From NCBI GenBank assembly GCA_025594325.1, contig JANHCV010000001.1:620001-684000 (forward strand): 64,000 bases of DNA. The letters are read 5' to 3'. The notes below the pieces were generated by a model. It did no database searches, was not told the origin of the DNA, and saw nothing but the letters and a program-made list of their open reading frames with translations. Positions 13,501 to 24,900 of this stretch are shown here, one piece after another; positions within the stretch are counted from its first letter, which is position 1, and every line of letters begins with the position of its first letter. The translations under genes were made by a program, and so were the position numbers. This DNA is from Blastocladiella emersonii ATCC 22665 (taxonomy: Eukaryota; Fungi; Blastocladiomycota).

Positions 13501-15624
13501 GTGGGCTACGGCGACGTTTGCTGCGCCGGCGCCATCGCCCGAAACGGCGCAGCACGCGCGGAACCGGACGCCGGCAGCGGACCTCGACTCGTTCGACGAC
13601 CTAGCGGGCGACACGAGTGGTCCGAGCTCGCTGGCCAACTCGACGTCGTTCGGCGACGAGCTCGGTACCGGCCCGTCGTCGCTGGCCTCGTCGCGCGACG
13701 TGCTCCGGTCGCTCGACGACGACGCGTTCGCGAACCGCATCCCGCGCGCGCACTACGATCTCGCGCAGCTCAGTATCTCGGTGGTCGAGGACCTCGCGAT
13801 GCTCGAGACCGAGCTCGAGCAGACGGTGCTCGTCGACTCGGCGGATAGCAGCAGCAGCGGGAGCGGGAGCAGCGACGAGGCGAATAGCTCGTCGAGCTCG
13901 AGTTCCGTCGTCGGCCTCGAGATCGTCGACGACCACTTTGCCGACCCCGTCGACCACCACCTCGACTTCCGCACGCCGCCCGCGTCGACCGCTGCACACT
14001 CGCGTGCGAGCACCACGGGCACCGCGAGCGGCGGCGCCTGCGGCGCGTCGGCCGTCGCGGACCCGTCGGGCGCGGTGCTCGCGTGGGACGCGGTCGTCAA
14101 GGTCGCGCGCGTGATCATCAAGCTCGCGGACCCGGTCGCGGGCACCAACATCCTCGACGCGGTCCTGTCGGACCTGTGCCTCGCGGCGAACGCGTGGTCC
14201 GCGCACCCGACGTCCCTGCGCGCGTCGATCCAGGTGTCGGTCGGGTCCCTCGAGGTCCTCGACACGATGCCGAGCTCCGCGTGGAAGAAGCTCCTGACCG
14301 TGTCCCGCGCGCACACCCACGCGCACGCGAACGCGCGGTCGCCTGGGCCCGCGCACGGGTCGGCGACGCCCGGCGGGCACGCGCTCCCGTTCGTCCGCAT
14401 GGACGCGGTGTGTTTCGGGAGCGGGGATGCGCAGGAGGGCGAGTGGCGCGCCAAGGTCCGCGTCCAGCCCATGAAGCTCCACCTCGACCAGGATACCGTC
14501 GAGGCCGTGATCGGGTTCGCGTCCGAGGTCGAGAGTAAGGTCGCCGGGTACGAGGTCGTTGACGGGCCCGCGTCGCCCATGATGGCGGGCGGCGGCGGGT
14601 TTGACCCGGGGGCCGCGACCACGGCGACACCGGCGGCTTCGCACTCGCGACACGCGACGGACCGCCCCGCGCCCGCTCCGCCCGCATCGGCGCCGAGCGG
14701 CCCCTTCTTCCAGCGCGTCGAAGTGTACCCGATCAGCGTACGCATCGACTACAAGCCGAAGCGCGTGGACCTGGCGGCGCTGCACCGCGGGCACGTTGTG
14801 CAGCTGCTCAACGTGTTCCACCTCGAGGGCGCCGAGATGAACCTGCGCCACGTTACGGTCACCGGTACCCGCGGGGTGCCCGAGCTCCTCGCCGCGCTCG
14901 TCTCCGACTGGCTCCCGCACGTCCGCAACACCCAGCTCCCCAACATGGTTTCGGGCGTCGGCCCGCTCCGGTCGCTCGTCAATATCGGGACGGGCGTCGC
15001 GGACCTGTTTCTCCTGCCGGTCGAGCAGTATCGCCGCGATGGGCGGTTGATCAAGGGTACGGCGTGGTTTGGGTGAGAGGGGTTGCGGGGTGGAGGTGCT
15101 GACACAGGATGTGTGGTGTAGGGCTCCAGCGCGGCGCGCACAATTTCGTCAAGACGGCCGCTGTCGAGACGCTGAGCCTCGGCGCCAAGCTCGCGGTCGG
15201 CACGCACACGCTGCTCGAGCGCGCCGACACGCTGCTCGGTCCCACCACTTCCTCCTCATCGGCCTCCCCACCACCGCCACAACCCGCCGCATCCTCGCCC
15301 GACCGCCGCGCCGCCGCCCCCGCGCCCGCGTCGAGCAAGTACGCGCACCAGCCGCGCGACGCGCGCGAGGGCCTGGCGCAGGCCATCACGAGTCTGCGGC
15401 AGAACGTGACGCAGGCGGCGCGCGTGATCGCGATCCCCGTCGAGACCATGGAGCGCGACGGCGCCACGGGCGCGGTGCGCGCGGTCCTGCGCGCGGTGCC
15501 GATTGCCGTTCTTCGGCCCATGATCGGCGCGACGGATGCCGTCGGGAAGACGCTCATGGGGATCCGGAATGACTTGGACCCCGGAAAGCAGCAGGAGTTG
15601 ATGGATAAGTACAAGTCGGCGTGA
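10600..15624 (+). CDS. ATG2: Autophagy lipid-transfer protein Atg2; introns 10616-10680, 13089-13135, 15057-15121
   Basis: Spliced N-terminus MWGFPAFALPANLQKRLVKFLLKRALGQFL (chorein-N). Also IDYKPKRVDL, LNVFHLEGAEMNL, WLPHVRNTQL, GVGPLRSLVNIGTGVADL and YAHQPRDAREGL...IPV...AVPIAVLRPMIGAT (ATG_C). Confidence 0.95.
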
Positions 15625-15750
15625 TGCGGGGTGCCGAGAGAGAGGGTGGAGGGGGAGGGTGGAGGGAGAACATGCTGTACAGTTTGTTTCATGGAACGGG
15701 GTGGTTTATCAGAGGAGGGAGAGTAGCTACAAATGGAGGGGAGGTGTGGC

Positions 15751-16085
15751 CTAGTAGCCCCTGTACACCACCACCGCGGACGAACGTCAGCATCGTCAAC
15801 GCAACGACCAACGAAGCCAACGCACATGTCGATCATCTTCTTGGCGAGCGTGACGCGCTCCGAGACCTGGTCCTTGAAGACGCGCTCGGACCGCTCGCGG
15901 TGCAGGCGCTTGCGCTTGTCGCACGGCTTCTCGAAGTAGAGCGCGTCCTTGACGGTGCGCCGCCAGTTGTTATTGTTGAGGATGCGCGTCAGCAGCCGCA
16001 TCGACTGCTGCGGGTTGCCGCCGCACGCGATCATCCGCCCGTGCGTCTTGAACGCGTTCTTGGCGGCGTTGTGGGCTGCGTTCAT
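15751..16085 (-). CDS. MRP21: Mitochondrial ribosomal protein bS21m; intron 15761-15825
   Basis: MNAAHNAAKNAFKTHGRMI...LTRILNNNNWRRTVKDALYFEKPCDKRKRLHRERSERVFKDQV; the FEKP..KRKR motif is typical of S21. Splicing gives ...KKMIDMGY*. Confidence 0.85.
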
Positions 16086-16278
16086 GGTGTGTGATGCGTT
16101 GCAGGGTGGGTGGGGTGGGAGAGGAGAGGAGGATCGGCGACCAGCAAGCTTGACCTCGGGTGGCCCATCAACCGCATCATGTGAGCCCACGGCGCTACGC
16201 CGCGCAAAAATTTTGAGGTCGCTGCGCCGTTCACCTCGCGGCCCGTCCATCGTTAGGCCATCACACGCACGTAAAACC

Positions 16279-17424
16279 ATGAAGCAAAGCTCGACCGCAC
16301 CACCAGCAGCAAAGTCGCGGAAGCCCGCGTCAACGAAACCCGCACCGCGGGCCCGGGCACCGGCACCGGCTGCTGCGCCGGCGTTCTCGTCCGACAATGA
16401 TGATGACGAGGAAGAGATGGAGGCCTTCGATGACCGCAGCGATGACTCCGAGGAGGAAGAGGGATCTGACGACGAGGATGAAGCCGCCGCGTCCGACTCC
16501 GACGCCCCGCCCGCTTCCGACTCCGACGACGACGATCCGTTCGCCGATGCGTCCGGCAGCGACGCCGACGACGACGGCCAGGTCGCCGGTCGCGAGGTGT
16601 ACGGGTCGTCCGATTCCGAGGAGGCGAGCGGCGATGAGGAGAGCGACAGCGATGCCGAGCCCGAGGAAGCCCTGTCGTTTGCCGAGATCTCGGAGCAGCG
16701 CGAGCGCATGGGCAAGAAGGCGTACCTCGAGAGCCTCGGGTCCGACGCGCGCAGTCGAAGCGGGCGCAAGCCGGTCGCGAAACGCGATAACCGTCATGCG
16801 TACGCGTCTCGCGAGCGATATATGTGTGAGCATAGGGAGCTTACACGTTGACGTGTGTGTAGGCCAACCGAGATGACGAGCAAGCGGCCCGTGACGCGCC
16901 GCCGCACCGTTGTCGACCTGCCCGCCAAGGTGCGTCCACTTCCCATCGAGCCCTCAACTCCGATGCTGACCCGCGATCCGTAGAACCGCCGCGACCCACG
17001 CTTCGACAACCTGTCGGGCGTGTTCAACCAGGGCCTATTCGACGCGTCGTACGGGTTCCTCAAGGACTACCAGCAGCGCGAGCTGCAGGAGCTCAAGGAG
17101 CAGCTGGCCAAGAGCCGCGACCCGGACCAGACGCGCGAGCTGACGGGCGCCATCCAGACCATGCAGAACCGCATGCGCGCCAAGCACGAGGCCGACACCA
17201 AGCAGAAGATCAAGCGCGAGTGGCGCAAGAGCGAGCTCGCCAAGGTCAAGGAGGGCAAGACCCCGTTCTTCCTCAAGCGCTCCGAGCAGAAGAAGCTCCT
17301 CCTCATCTCCAAGCTCAAGGGCAAGTCCGACGACCAGCTCGACAAGATCGCCGAGAAGAAGCGCAAGCGCGATGCGGGCAAGGACTGGAAGTGGATGCCC
17401 AAGCGCCGCCGTACCGATGCTTGA
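16279..17424 (+). CDS. RRP36: rRNA biogenesis protein Rrp36; 2 introns (~16.80-16.86 and ~16.93-16.98 kb)
   Basis: Acidic N-terminus, then PTEMTSKRPV, RDPRFDNLSG, YGFLKDY, KEGKTPFFLKRSE and KKRKR...WMP. Confidence 0.9.
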
Positions 17425-17621
17425 AGGGTATGTGCCGTGCATGGTCAATAAACGCGCTTTTGCCCCACGATCAGAGCAGGCATCCGACGGAGCAGAGGAC
17501 GCGAGAAGCGCGGCGGAATGTCTCCCACGTCGCCGCCGAACCCGTGCTCCTTCATTTTCATTCATCCCAGCGCCTCACGCTGCCCCAACCATCCCGCACC
17601 TTCAATGGAACCATAGAGCAA

Positions 17622-20600
17622 ATGTCACACCATGCAATCGCCGAGCGCGAGGGCAATCCGCCGTTGCTAGACAACGCCACGGCCGCGCCGCCGGCGGCCG
17701 TGGCCACGGCGCCTGCCCCGCTGCCCGACGTGGATCCGCGCCCGCCGGCCTCCGCGGAACCGGCCTACGTCGCGGCCACTGCCGCGGATCAGCCGCGCGC
17801 GACGCGCGCTATGCTCGTCCGCCGCCCGAACGTCGCCAAGTCGCTGCCCACGCTGCTGAGCCACGGGTGCTCGAGCTCAAGGCGGCGGATCGCGCCTGGC
17901 AAGTCGTCGCCTTCATCGCTGAGTGGGCCCGATGGGAATGACTCGGACAGCAGTGCCGATGACGACGACGAGGAGGTGGACCCGCCATCCGCCATCGTCG
18001 CGGCCAACATGCCGCAGTCGTCGTCCGAGTACAGCGACTCGGAGGAGGCCAACGCCGCCACCACCGCGGCCGGGCGCCGCGCGAGCGTGCACTCGGACTC
18101 GGGCGCCGTCCTTCCTGCGCCCACGTCGATCCTGAGCGGGTCGCACAGCGTGTCGTCGCCGGTGCTCGACACGGCGCACATCACCTCCTCCCCCACTGGT
18201 CCCGACGCGCCCTCGCCCACCCCGCTCTCCCGCGACGCGGCGGCGCGCAAGCTGCAGGACTGGTGGCGGATGCGTTCGATGAAGGCGCACCTGACCAAGA
18301 TCAAGCGGCGGACGAGCAACTCGACGCTGCAGCGGTCGCTGAACGGCGGTGGGGGGCACACGCACAGCCGCAGCAGTTCGGGCGACAACCCGCTGCTCCG
18401 CGCCAACCAGCGGCACCTGACCGAGTTCAACGCGGACCCGAAGGCCGCGGTCGCGGGGATGCGCGCCGACGCGCTAAGAAAGGCGAGCGAGGCCGAAGCC
18501 GTCGACCATGTCGTCGAGTTTCTACTGCGCAACGCGGCGGCAGTGGATAAGGTCAAGCTCGGCGAGTTCTTTGGGCTGCCGTACGGAGGAGGGTTCGGGA
18601 CCGCGGAGGCCATCGACGACTGACCTCGCGGCACGCGCGCGTGTGTGTAGGGACCCCTTCTCCGTCGCCGTGATGCGCGGGTACATCACGTCGCTCGATT
18701 TCGTCGGGCACGAGTTCGACCAGGCGCTGCGCAACCTGCTGACGCACTTCCGCCTGCCGGGCGAGGCGCAGAAGATTGACCGGATCCTCGACCAGTTTGG
18801 CGAGACGTACCACGCCCACAACCCGGGCGTGTTTCGCGACCCGGCCACGGCGCTCGTCCTCGCCTTCTCGCTGATCATGCTGAACACGGACGCGCACAAC
18901 CCCGCGGGTACGTCTTGGGAATCGATGGACAGAACGCGGCCACGGCTGACTGAACGGGGTGTAGTCAAGAAGAAGATGTCGGTCGTCGAGTTCCAGCGCA
19001 ACAACCGCGGCATCGACGCGGGGAGCGACCTGCCCGTGTCGTTCCTGCGCCGGCTGTACTTTGAGATCACCTGCCACGAGATCCGCATGAACGGCGACCA
19101 CGGCGCCAAGACCGCCGCGCTGATCAAGCAGATGATTGGCGCCGAGGTACGAGTCTCTGGGAGCGCGTCGGTGACGTTGGCTGACCATCGCGGTGGCGGT
19201 GTAGCGGATACGCACGCAGTTCATGGCCGAGTTCTTTGCCTTCAAGATCATCAAGCGCGCCAAGCACGAGCGCAAGGTGTTTCTGTTCGCCGACTGCCTC
19301 GTCGTACGTACCCCCGCGGCCGCGCACCCTGACCCCCACTCACCCTCTCGCCATGCAGCTCACGAAACCAAGGCCGGGCCCGCGGTACCAGGTGAAGCAG
19401 ATCCTGGACCTGCTGACCTTCACGCCGGCCAAGCTCGCGGCCGACGACCCCGAGGCCGCGGATCTGCCCTACGCCGTGGCCCTGCGCAGCGTGGAGGGCG
19501 CATCGGTGCCCGGGTCGCCACCGACGGTCGTGATCCCCGCCACCGACCAGGCCGAGCCACAGCCACACAGCAGCAGCGGGTTCACGTGGACCGTCCAGGA
19601 CGACGAGGAGGTGGTCCTCGCGTTCGAGACGCCCGAGGAGCGCGACGTGTTTGTCGGCAACGTGTTCCGAGCCACGCAGGCGTATACGCGCGAGCTGTGT
19701 ACGGTTTCGTGACTTGGGCCGAGTGGGAAGCCGCCACTGACCGCGCGGTGTGTAGCGACCATCACCGAGTTCATGACGCAGCGCGTGGCGCTGACCAAGG
19801 CCAACCTCGAGAAGCGGTACTCGTCGAGCACGGCCATCACGTCGCTCCTCGGGACCACGGGTAGCAAGACACCCGACCCCGGCGGCGTCTCACCCTCGCC
19901 CAGGACCATGGACGTTGCCGCCATCAAGTCCGCCGCGACGACGACAGGGTCCCTGCGCGCGGCCCGCCTGAACCTACAGCGCGACGCGGCCAAGACGGCG
20001 CACACGCTGCAGCAGACGCGCTCGATGCTCCTCCAGCAGGCAAGGCGGCGCGGCGGGACCGGCGGCGGCGGGTCGCAGTACGGGTCGAGCACCAGCCTCG
20101 GCGGCGCCAGCGGTGCGAGCGCAACGGGCGAGTCGGAACCCTCGCCGACAGACACGATCGCGTCGCTCCCGCAATCCGCGACCACATCCGACGACCCTCA
20201 CCAGCCGCGCGCGGGCGCCGGGTCCATGGCGATCCGCCTGACGGCGAGCGGGACGTCGCTCGCGTCGATTGCTGCCGGCACCAGCCCATCTCCACCACCA
20301 GTGCTTCACCCGGCTGACGACCCACCGCCGCCGACCGCACACCTCGCGGCGCCCCGTCCCGCGACCGCCGGCCCGCTCCCGCGCAGCTCGAGCGCGCACG
20401 GGTACTTCACGTCGCTGCCGCGGCGGCTGTTCGGGTCCATGACGGGCACCGCGCGGACGTCGGCGAGCCGGTCGCCGAGCCGGTCGGCGGTCAGCGATGC
20501 GGGGAGCGATACCGAGGACGCGGTGCAGGCGCACGACGCGGGTGGGAGTGGGACGGCGGGGCGCGGCCGGCGCGGGTCGCCCGCGGACCTCGTGGTGGCG

Positions 20601-20816
20601 CCGCCGGCGGCGGGGCCGCGGAGTCCCATGGGGAAGAGTCCCGTTGGGAGCGTCGGTGACGTGGGGACAATCCCGCGCACGCTCGATGTGCCTGACGAAG
20701 AGGAGGCGGGCGACGACGCGCGGCCGCGCGAGCTGCCGAGCAGCAGCACAAGCGAGACCTCGGGGACGGGCACCGTCGGGCGGTGGCGGAGGCGCGCGAA
20801 TTCGGTCAAGAACTAA
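17622..20816 (+). CDS. ARF guanine-nucleotide exchange factor with IQ motif, Sec7, PH and coiled coil (IQSEC/BRAG-like architecture); ~5 introns
   Basis: IQ-like LQDWWRMRSMK (~18250-18285). Sec7: KVKLGEFFG, FDQALRNLLTHFRLPGEAQKIDRILDQF, LAFSLIMLNTDAHNP, KKMSVVEFQRNNRGID. PH-like HERKVFLFADCLVV. Start codon uncertain. Confidence 0.88.
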
Positions 20817-20856
20817 TGGTAAAGCTGCTGTTTGAACACACATAAACGATACACAT

Positions 20857-21703
20857 TCACTCCTCGATGCCGAGCGTGCGGGTGACCCAGTGGCGGAACT
20901 TGTCCTCGCCGCACACCTGGAGCGGGGTCTTTCCGTCCTTGTTGATACGGTCGCTGTCGGCGTTGGCGCGCTCGACGAGGTACGCGGCGACGGGGCCGTG
21001 GCACTCCTCGCACGCCAGGTGCAGCGGCGTGTTGCCCGTCGCGTCCGGGCTGTTGACGCGCGACCGGCCGGTCGTGTGCAGCAGCTCGACGAGCTTGACG
21101 TGGCCGAGCGAGGCGGCGCGGTGGCTACGGGTGAGGGTGAGGTTAGGCGAGGGATATTTTGCGTGAGAGGATGACAGCGCACATGGGAAGCTGTCCCTGA
21201 CTGTCGGCCAGGTTCGCGTTCGCGCCGGCGGCGAGGAGCGCGGTGAGGACCTCGAGCCGGTTCTTGGACGCGGCGTAGTGCAGGCTCGTGTTCCCGCGCT
21301 GGTTCTGCGCGTCGACGCTGGCGCCGCGGCCGATCAGGAGCTCGACGATCTGCGCGTTGCCGACCGAGGCTAGACGTCGCGGGTCAGCCATCGCTCACTC
21401 CACACCTTGCACCCCAAAACCCGTACATGCAATCATCAACGGCGTCCACCCGGCCTCGTCGACCGCGTCCACGGCGGCGCCGTACCGGATGGCCCACTCG
21501 GCAACCTCGTGCGCGGACCCCGAGCACGCCCAGTGCAGGACGGTGCGCTCGTCCTCGTCCTTTTCCTGCAGCTTGCGCGCCACGGCGTCGCGGTCCGCGT
21601 CCGGGTACCCGGCCATGGACTGCACGCGCGGCAGGTCGCCGTCGAGCGCCGCGTCGAAGATGGTGGTGGCGCCTGGGCGGATTGCGGCTTGGTCGATGGT
21701 CAT
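20857..21703 (-). CDS. NAS6: Ankyrin-repeat proteasome assembly chaperone Nas6/gankyrin (PSMD10); introns 21370-21426, 21125-21182
   Basis: DEDERTVLHWACS, DEAGWTPLMIASSVG, GNTSLHYAASKNR, GQLPIHRAASLG, GNTPLHLACEE; repeat order and length match gankyrin. Confidence 0.85.
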
Positions 21704-21936
21704 TTTGGGTTGCGTGGGTTACAGATGCATGGAGTCCCGTTGGGAGGGAGGGGATGCGTCAGCGCGAAGTGGGCCAAAAAGAGATCGCCGCGCGCAGCGC
21801 CCATGGTCAGCTGAGCGACGCGTGGCCGACGCGTCTCACGCGTTTTCGCGCCGACGCGGAGACAGCCGATCCTGCGCCCCCACCCTCGCTCTCTCTTCAG
21901 CTACACTACGCATCTCATGAACCTCTGACTCTTGCA

Positions 21937-24900
21937 ATGACATCTTACCTCCGCGATGGTGCGGGACCGCGCACCCACCCCCGCGTCTCGCGGGCAGCAC
22001 GCTGACTCAACGGCGGCTCGCTAGGCCTCGACCACAACGACCTGCAGGCGACTCTGCGCGACGAGAACCTGGAGCTGAAGCGGCGGCTCAACGCGCAAAT
22101 GGACGTGACCAAGAAGCTCAACACGCGCGTGCAGAAGATGAGCGAGGACATGGCCAAGCTCAAGGTGCGCGCCGGCGCACCACCATCTTCTGCGTTCGAC
22201 TCGCCCACGAGCGCGCTTCCAACCGGCGGCGGTGCGGGCGGTGCGCTGTCCCGACCACACGGGATCCCGCCGCCGACCGTGGTCGCCGCGCGGAACATTG
22301 TTCACAAGCGCAACCCGTCGCTCGAGGCGCTCGTCGACGACATGCGCGCGCAGCTGCGCGACCTGTCCAAGGAGAACATCAACCTCAAGTCTAAGGTCCA
22401 GCACTTTCGCGCACTGCACGAGGCCACGCTGCGCAAGCGCGGCAAGTGGGATTCGATCGGGCCAAAGGTACGCCCGACGTTGAGTGAGATTGGCGAGTAG
22501 CTGACGCAGCGCCAGCGTAGGGGAAGCGCGTCGGGTCGGCCGCGGCGCCGCAGCAACGGTCGCCAACCAAGCAGGCGGGGATGGGGACCATGGTGTTTGA
22601 TGACGACGAGCCGCCGACGTTTGTTCAGCCGCCGCCTCCACCACGTACGCCGGATTCATCTCGTGTGTACTTCGTGTTTGACAACTGACTTGTGCCACTG
22701 TAGCTCCGCCCGTGATCGAAAGCCCCGAGTACCTGGACCTGTTCGTCCGACTTTCCCACGACGCTATGGCTCGCGCGAGGCTGACTTTTACAACGTGTAG
22801 CAAGCACACGCTCGAGACCGTCCGCCACGACGCCGCGACCAAGGACGTCAAGCTCGCCGAGCTCCTCGCTCGTGTCGACGAGCTGACCCGCGCACTCGAG
22901 GTCGAGCGCGCCAAGGCGCCCGCGAAACCTGACGGCACCGAGGTGCTCGTGCTCAAGCAGCAAATGTACGTCTCACCACCCCTTCCCGCACACCACCACC
23001 CGCTCACCCGCTGTGCACCACAAGAGCCGTCCTCGAATCGCGCCAGCGCACCATGACGCAGGACGCGGCGAGCCGGTCGACCATGATCGAGGAGCTGCTG
23101 CAGCGGTGCGCCAAGCTCGAGGAGGCCGAGGTGCGGCACCAGCAGCAGATCGCCGACGCGGCCGCGGCCTCGACGCAGCTGCACGCCGAGCTCGACACGG
23201 CGCGCGCGCACGTCCTCGACCTCGAGACGGAGCTCGCACAGGCGCGCGTCGACGCGCAGGCCATGGAACACGTTCGTACCCTTTCATCCTCGTCGCCCGC
23301 GTGATGTGGATTGGATACACGTCAATTTACACCCACATATGTTTAGCTGAAGCGCGCAGCCGACGACGCGCGCACCGAGCGGCAGCTCGCGCTCGACGAG
23401 AACGCGCGGCTCATCGACCAGGCGCTCGAGTCGCAGCAGGCGGCGCGGGCGCGGCACGAGGCTGCGGTGCAGGAACTGCACGGGACCATCGCACACGTCG
23501 AGGCGAGCAACCGCCAGCTGCTCCTCGACAACAAGCGGCTGCTCGACGAGCTCGACGTGGCGAAGTCGCAAACCGCGGCCATGACCGCGCGGCACGCCGA
23601 GGCCGCGGCGCGCGCCGACACCGCCGCGCACGAGCTCGCCACGCTCAAGAAGCGCGTGCAGGTGTTCGCCGAGACCAACCACGTCTCGGCGGGCGATATC
23701 CAGGAGGCCCTCGTCCTCGTCGCGTGGCGCAGGCAGCACGGGATCGCCCTCGACACTCTCCTCTCGATGCACGAGTGGGTCGCCGACAAGGCCGGCGCGC
23801 TGCACCTCCGCCGCGAGTACCTCGCCGCCCTCCACGACCTCGACCACACGCGCCAGTTGCTCGCGCTGCAGCAGGAGGTCAACCGCGATTACCGCACCGA
23901 GCTCGCGGCCGTCCAGGACACGCTCGACGGGCTGCGCGAGGAGTACGCGAGGCAGCGCGAGCGCGACGCGCGCGTGCTCGATGCGCGGCAGCACCGGATC
24001 GCCGCCCTCGAGCGCCAGCTGCGCAACGCGGCCATGTCCGTATCCCCCGCCGCGGGCGTCGCGCAGGACCCGAGCCTCGGCCTCGCCATGGTCGTCCGCG
24101 TGCACTCGTGGACGTTCGCGCACTCGGCGCCCGCGTCGCCCGTGATCCTGCTCTTTGTCCTCGACTTCTTCACCTTCGACTCGGTCGTCACGCCCATGAC
24201 ACCGCCCGCGACCGCGCAGTCGCTGGTCCTCGACGACTGGTCCGTCGCGTGGCCGCTCGACCCCGTCACCGACGCGCTGTTCTGGTACCTCGAGTCGGAC
24301 GCGCCCGGGTGCGGGATCGCTATCGACGTGGTCGCGGTCCGCCCCGACGGCACGTTCGCGGTACTCGGGTCAGCGCGCGTCGCACGGCTCGCGCACCTGC
24401 TCAAGGCGGGGACCCCGACGGGGCTCCACTACACGCTCGAGGTCCGCGGCGATCCCGCGGGCGCCCGCGAGTGGGGCGCTGATCCCGGCCAGATCCCGCT
24501 CGACGACACGGATGATGGGCGCGTGGTCCTCGGCACGATCCAGTGCTCCGTGTCCCTGTCGCAGCCGCTCGAGGAGGCGTGGCTCGCGCACCAAGAACGC
24601 TCGCGCGGGCTCCCTTCCTCGTCCGCCTCGACCGCGCTCCCAAGCGCTCCCGGGGCGACGCCAAAGTACCGCTCGGACACCCTGCTCGTCTCGCTGCACT
24701 CGCCGCGCGGGCTGCCGACCAAGACCCGCACCCCCGCGCTGTACGCGCTCGTGGACGTGTACCACCGCACGGGGCTCCGCACCGCGTGTCCCTCGGCGGC
24801 GGCCGACCCGCTCGCCGTCAGCCTGGTCCTCGCGCCCGACGCCGTCGCGTGGCTCGGCAACCAGCCCATGGTCGTGTCCGTGTTCGACGACGCCGACCCC

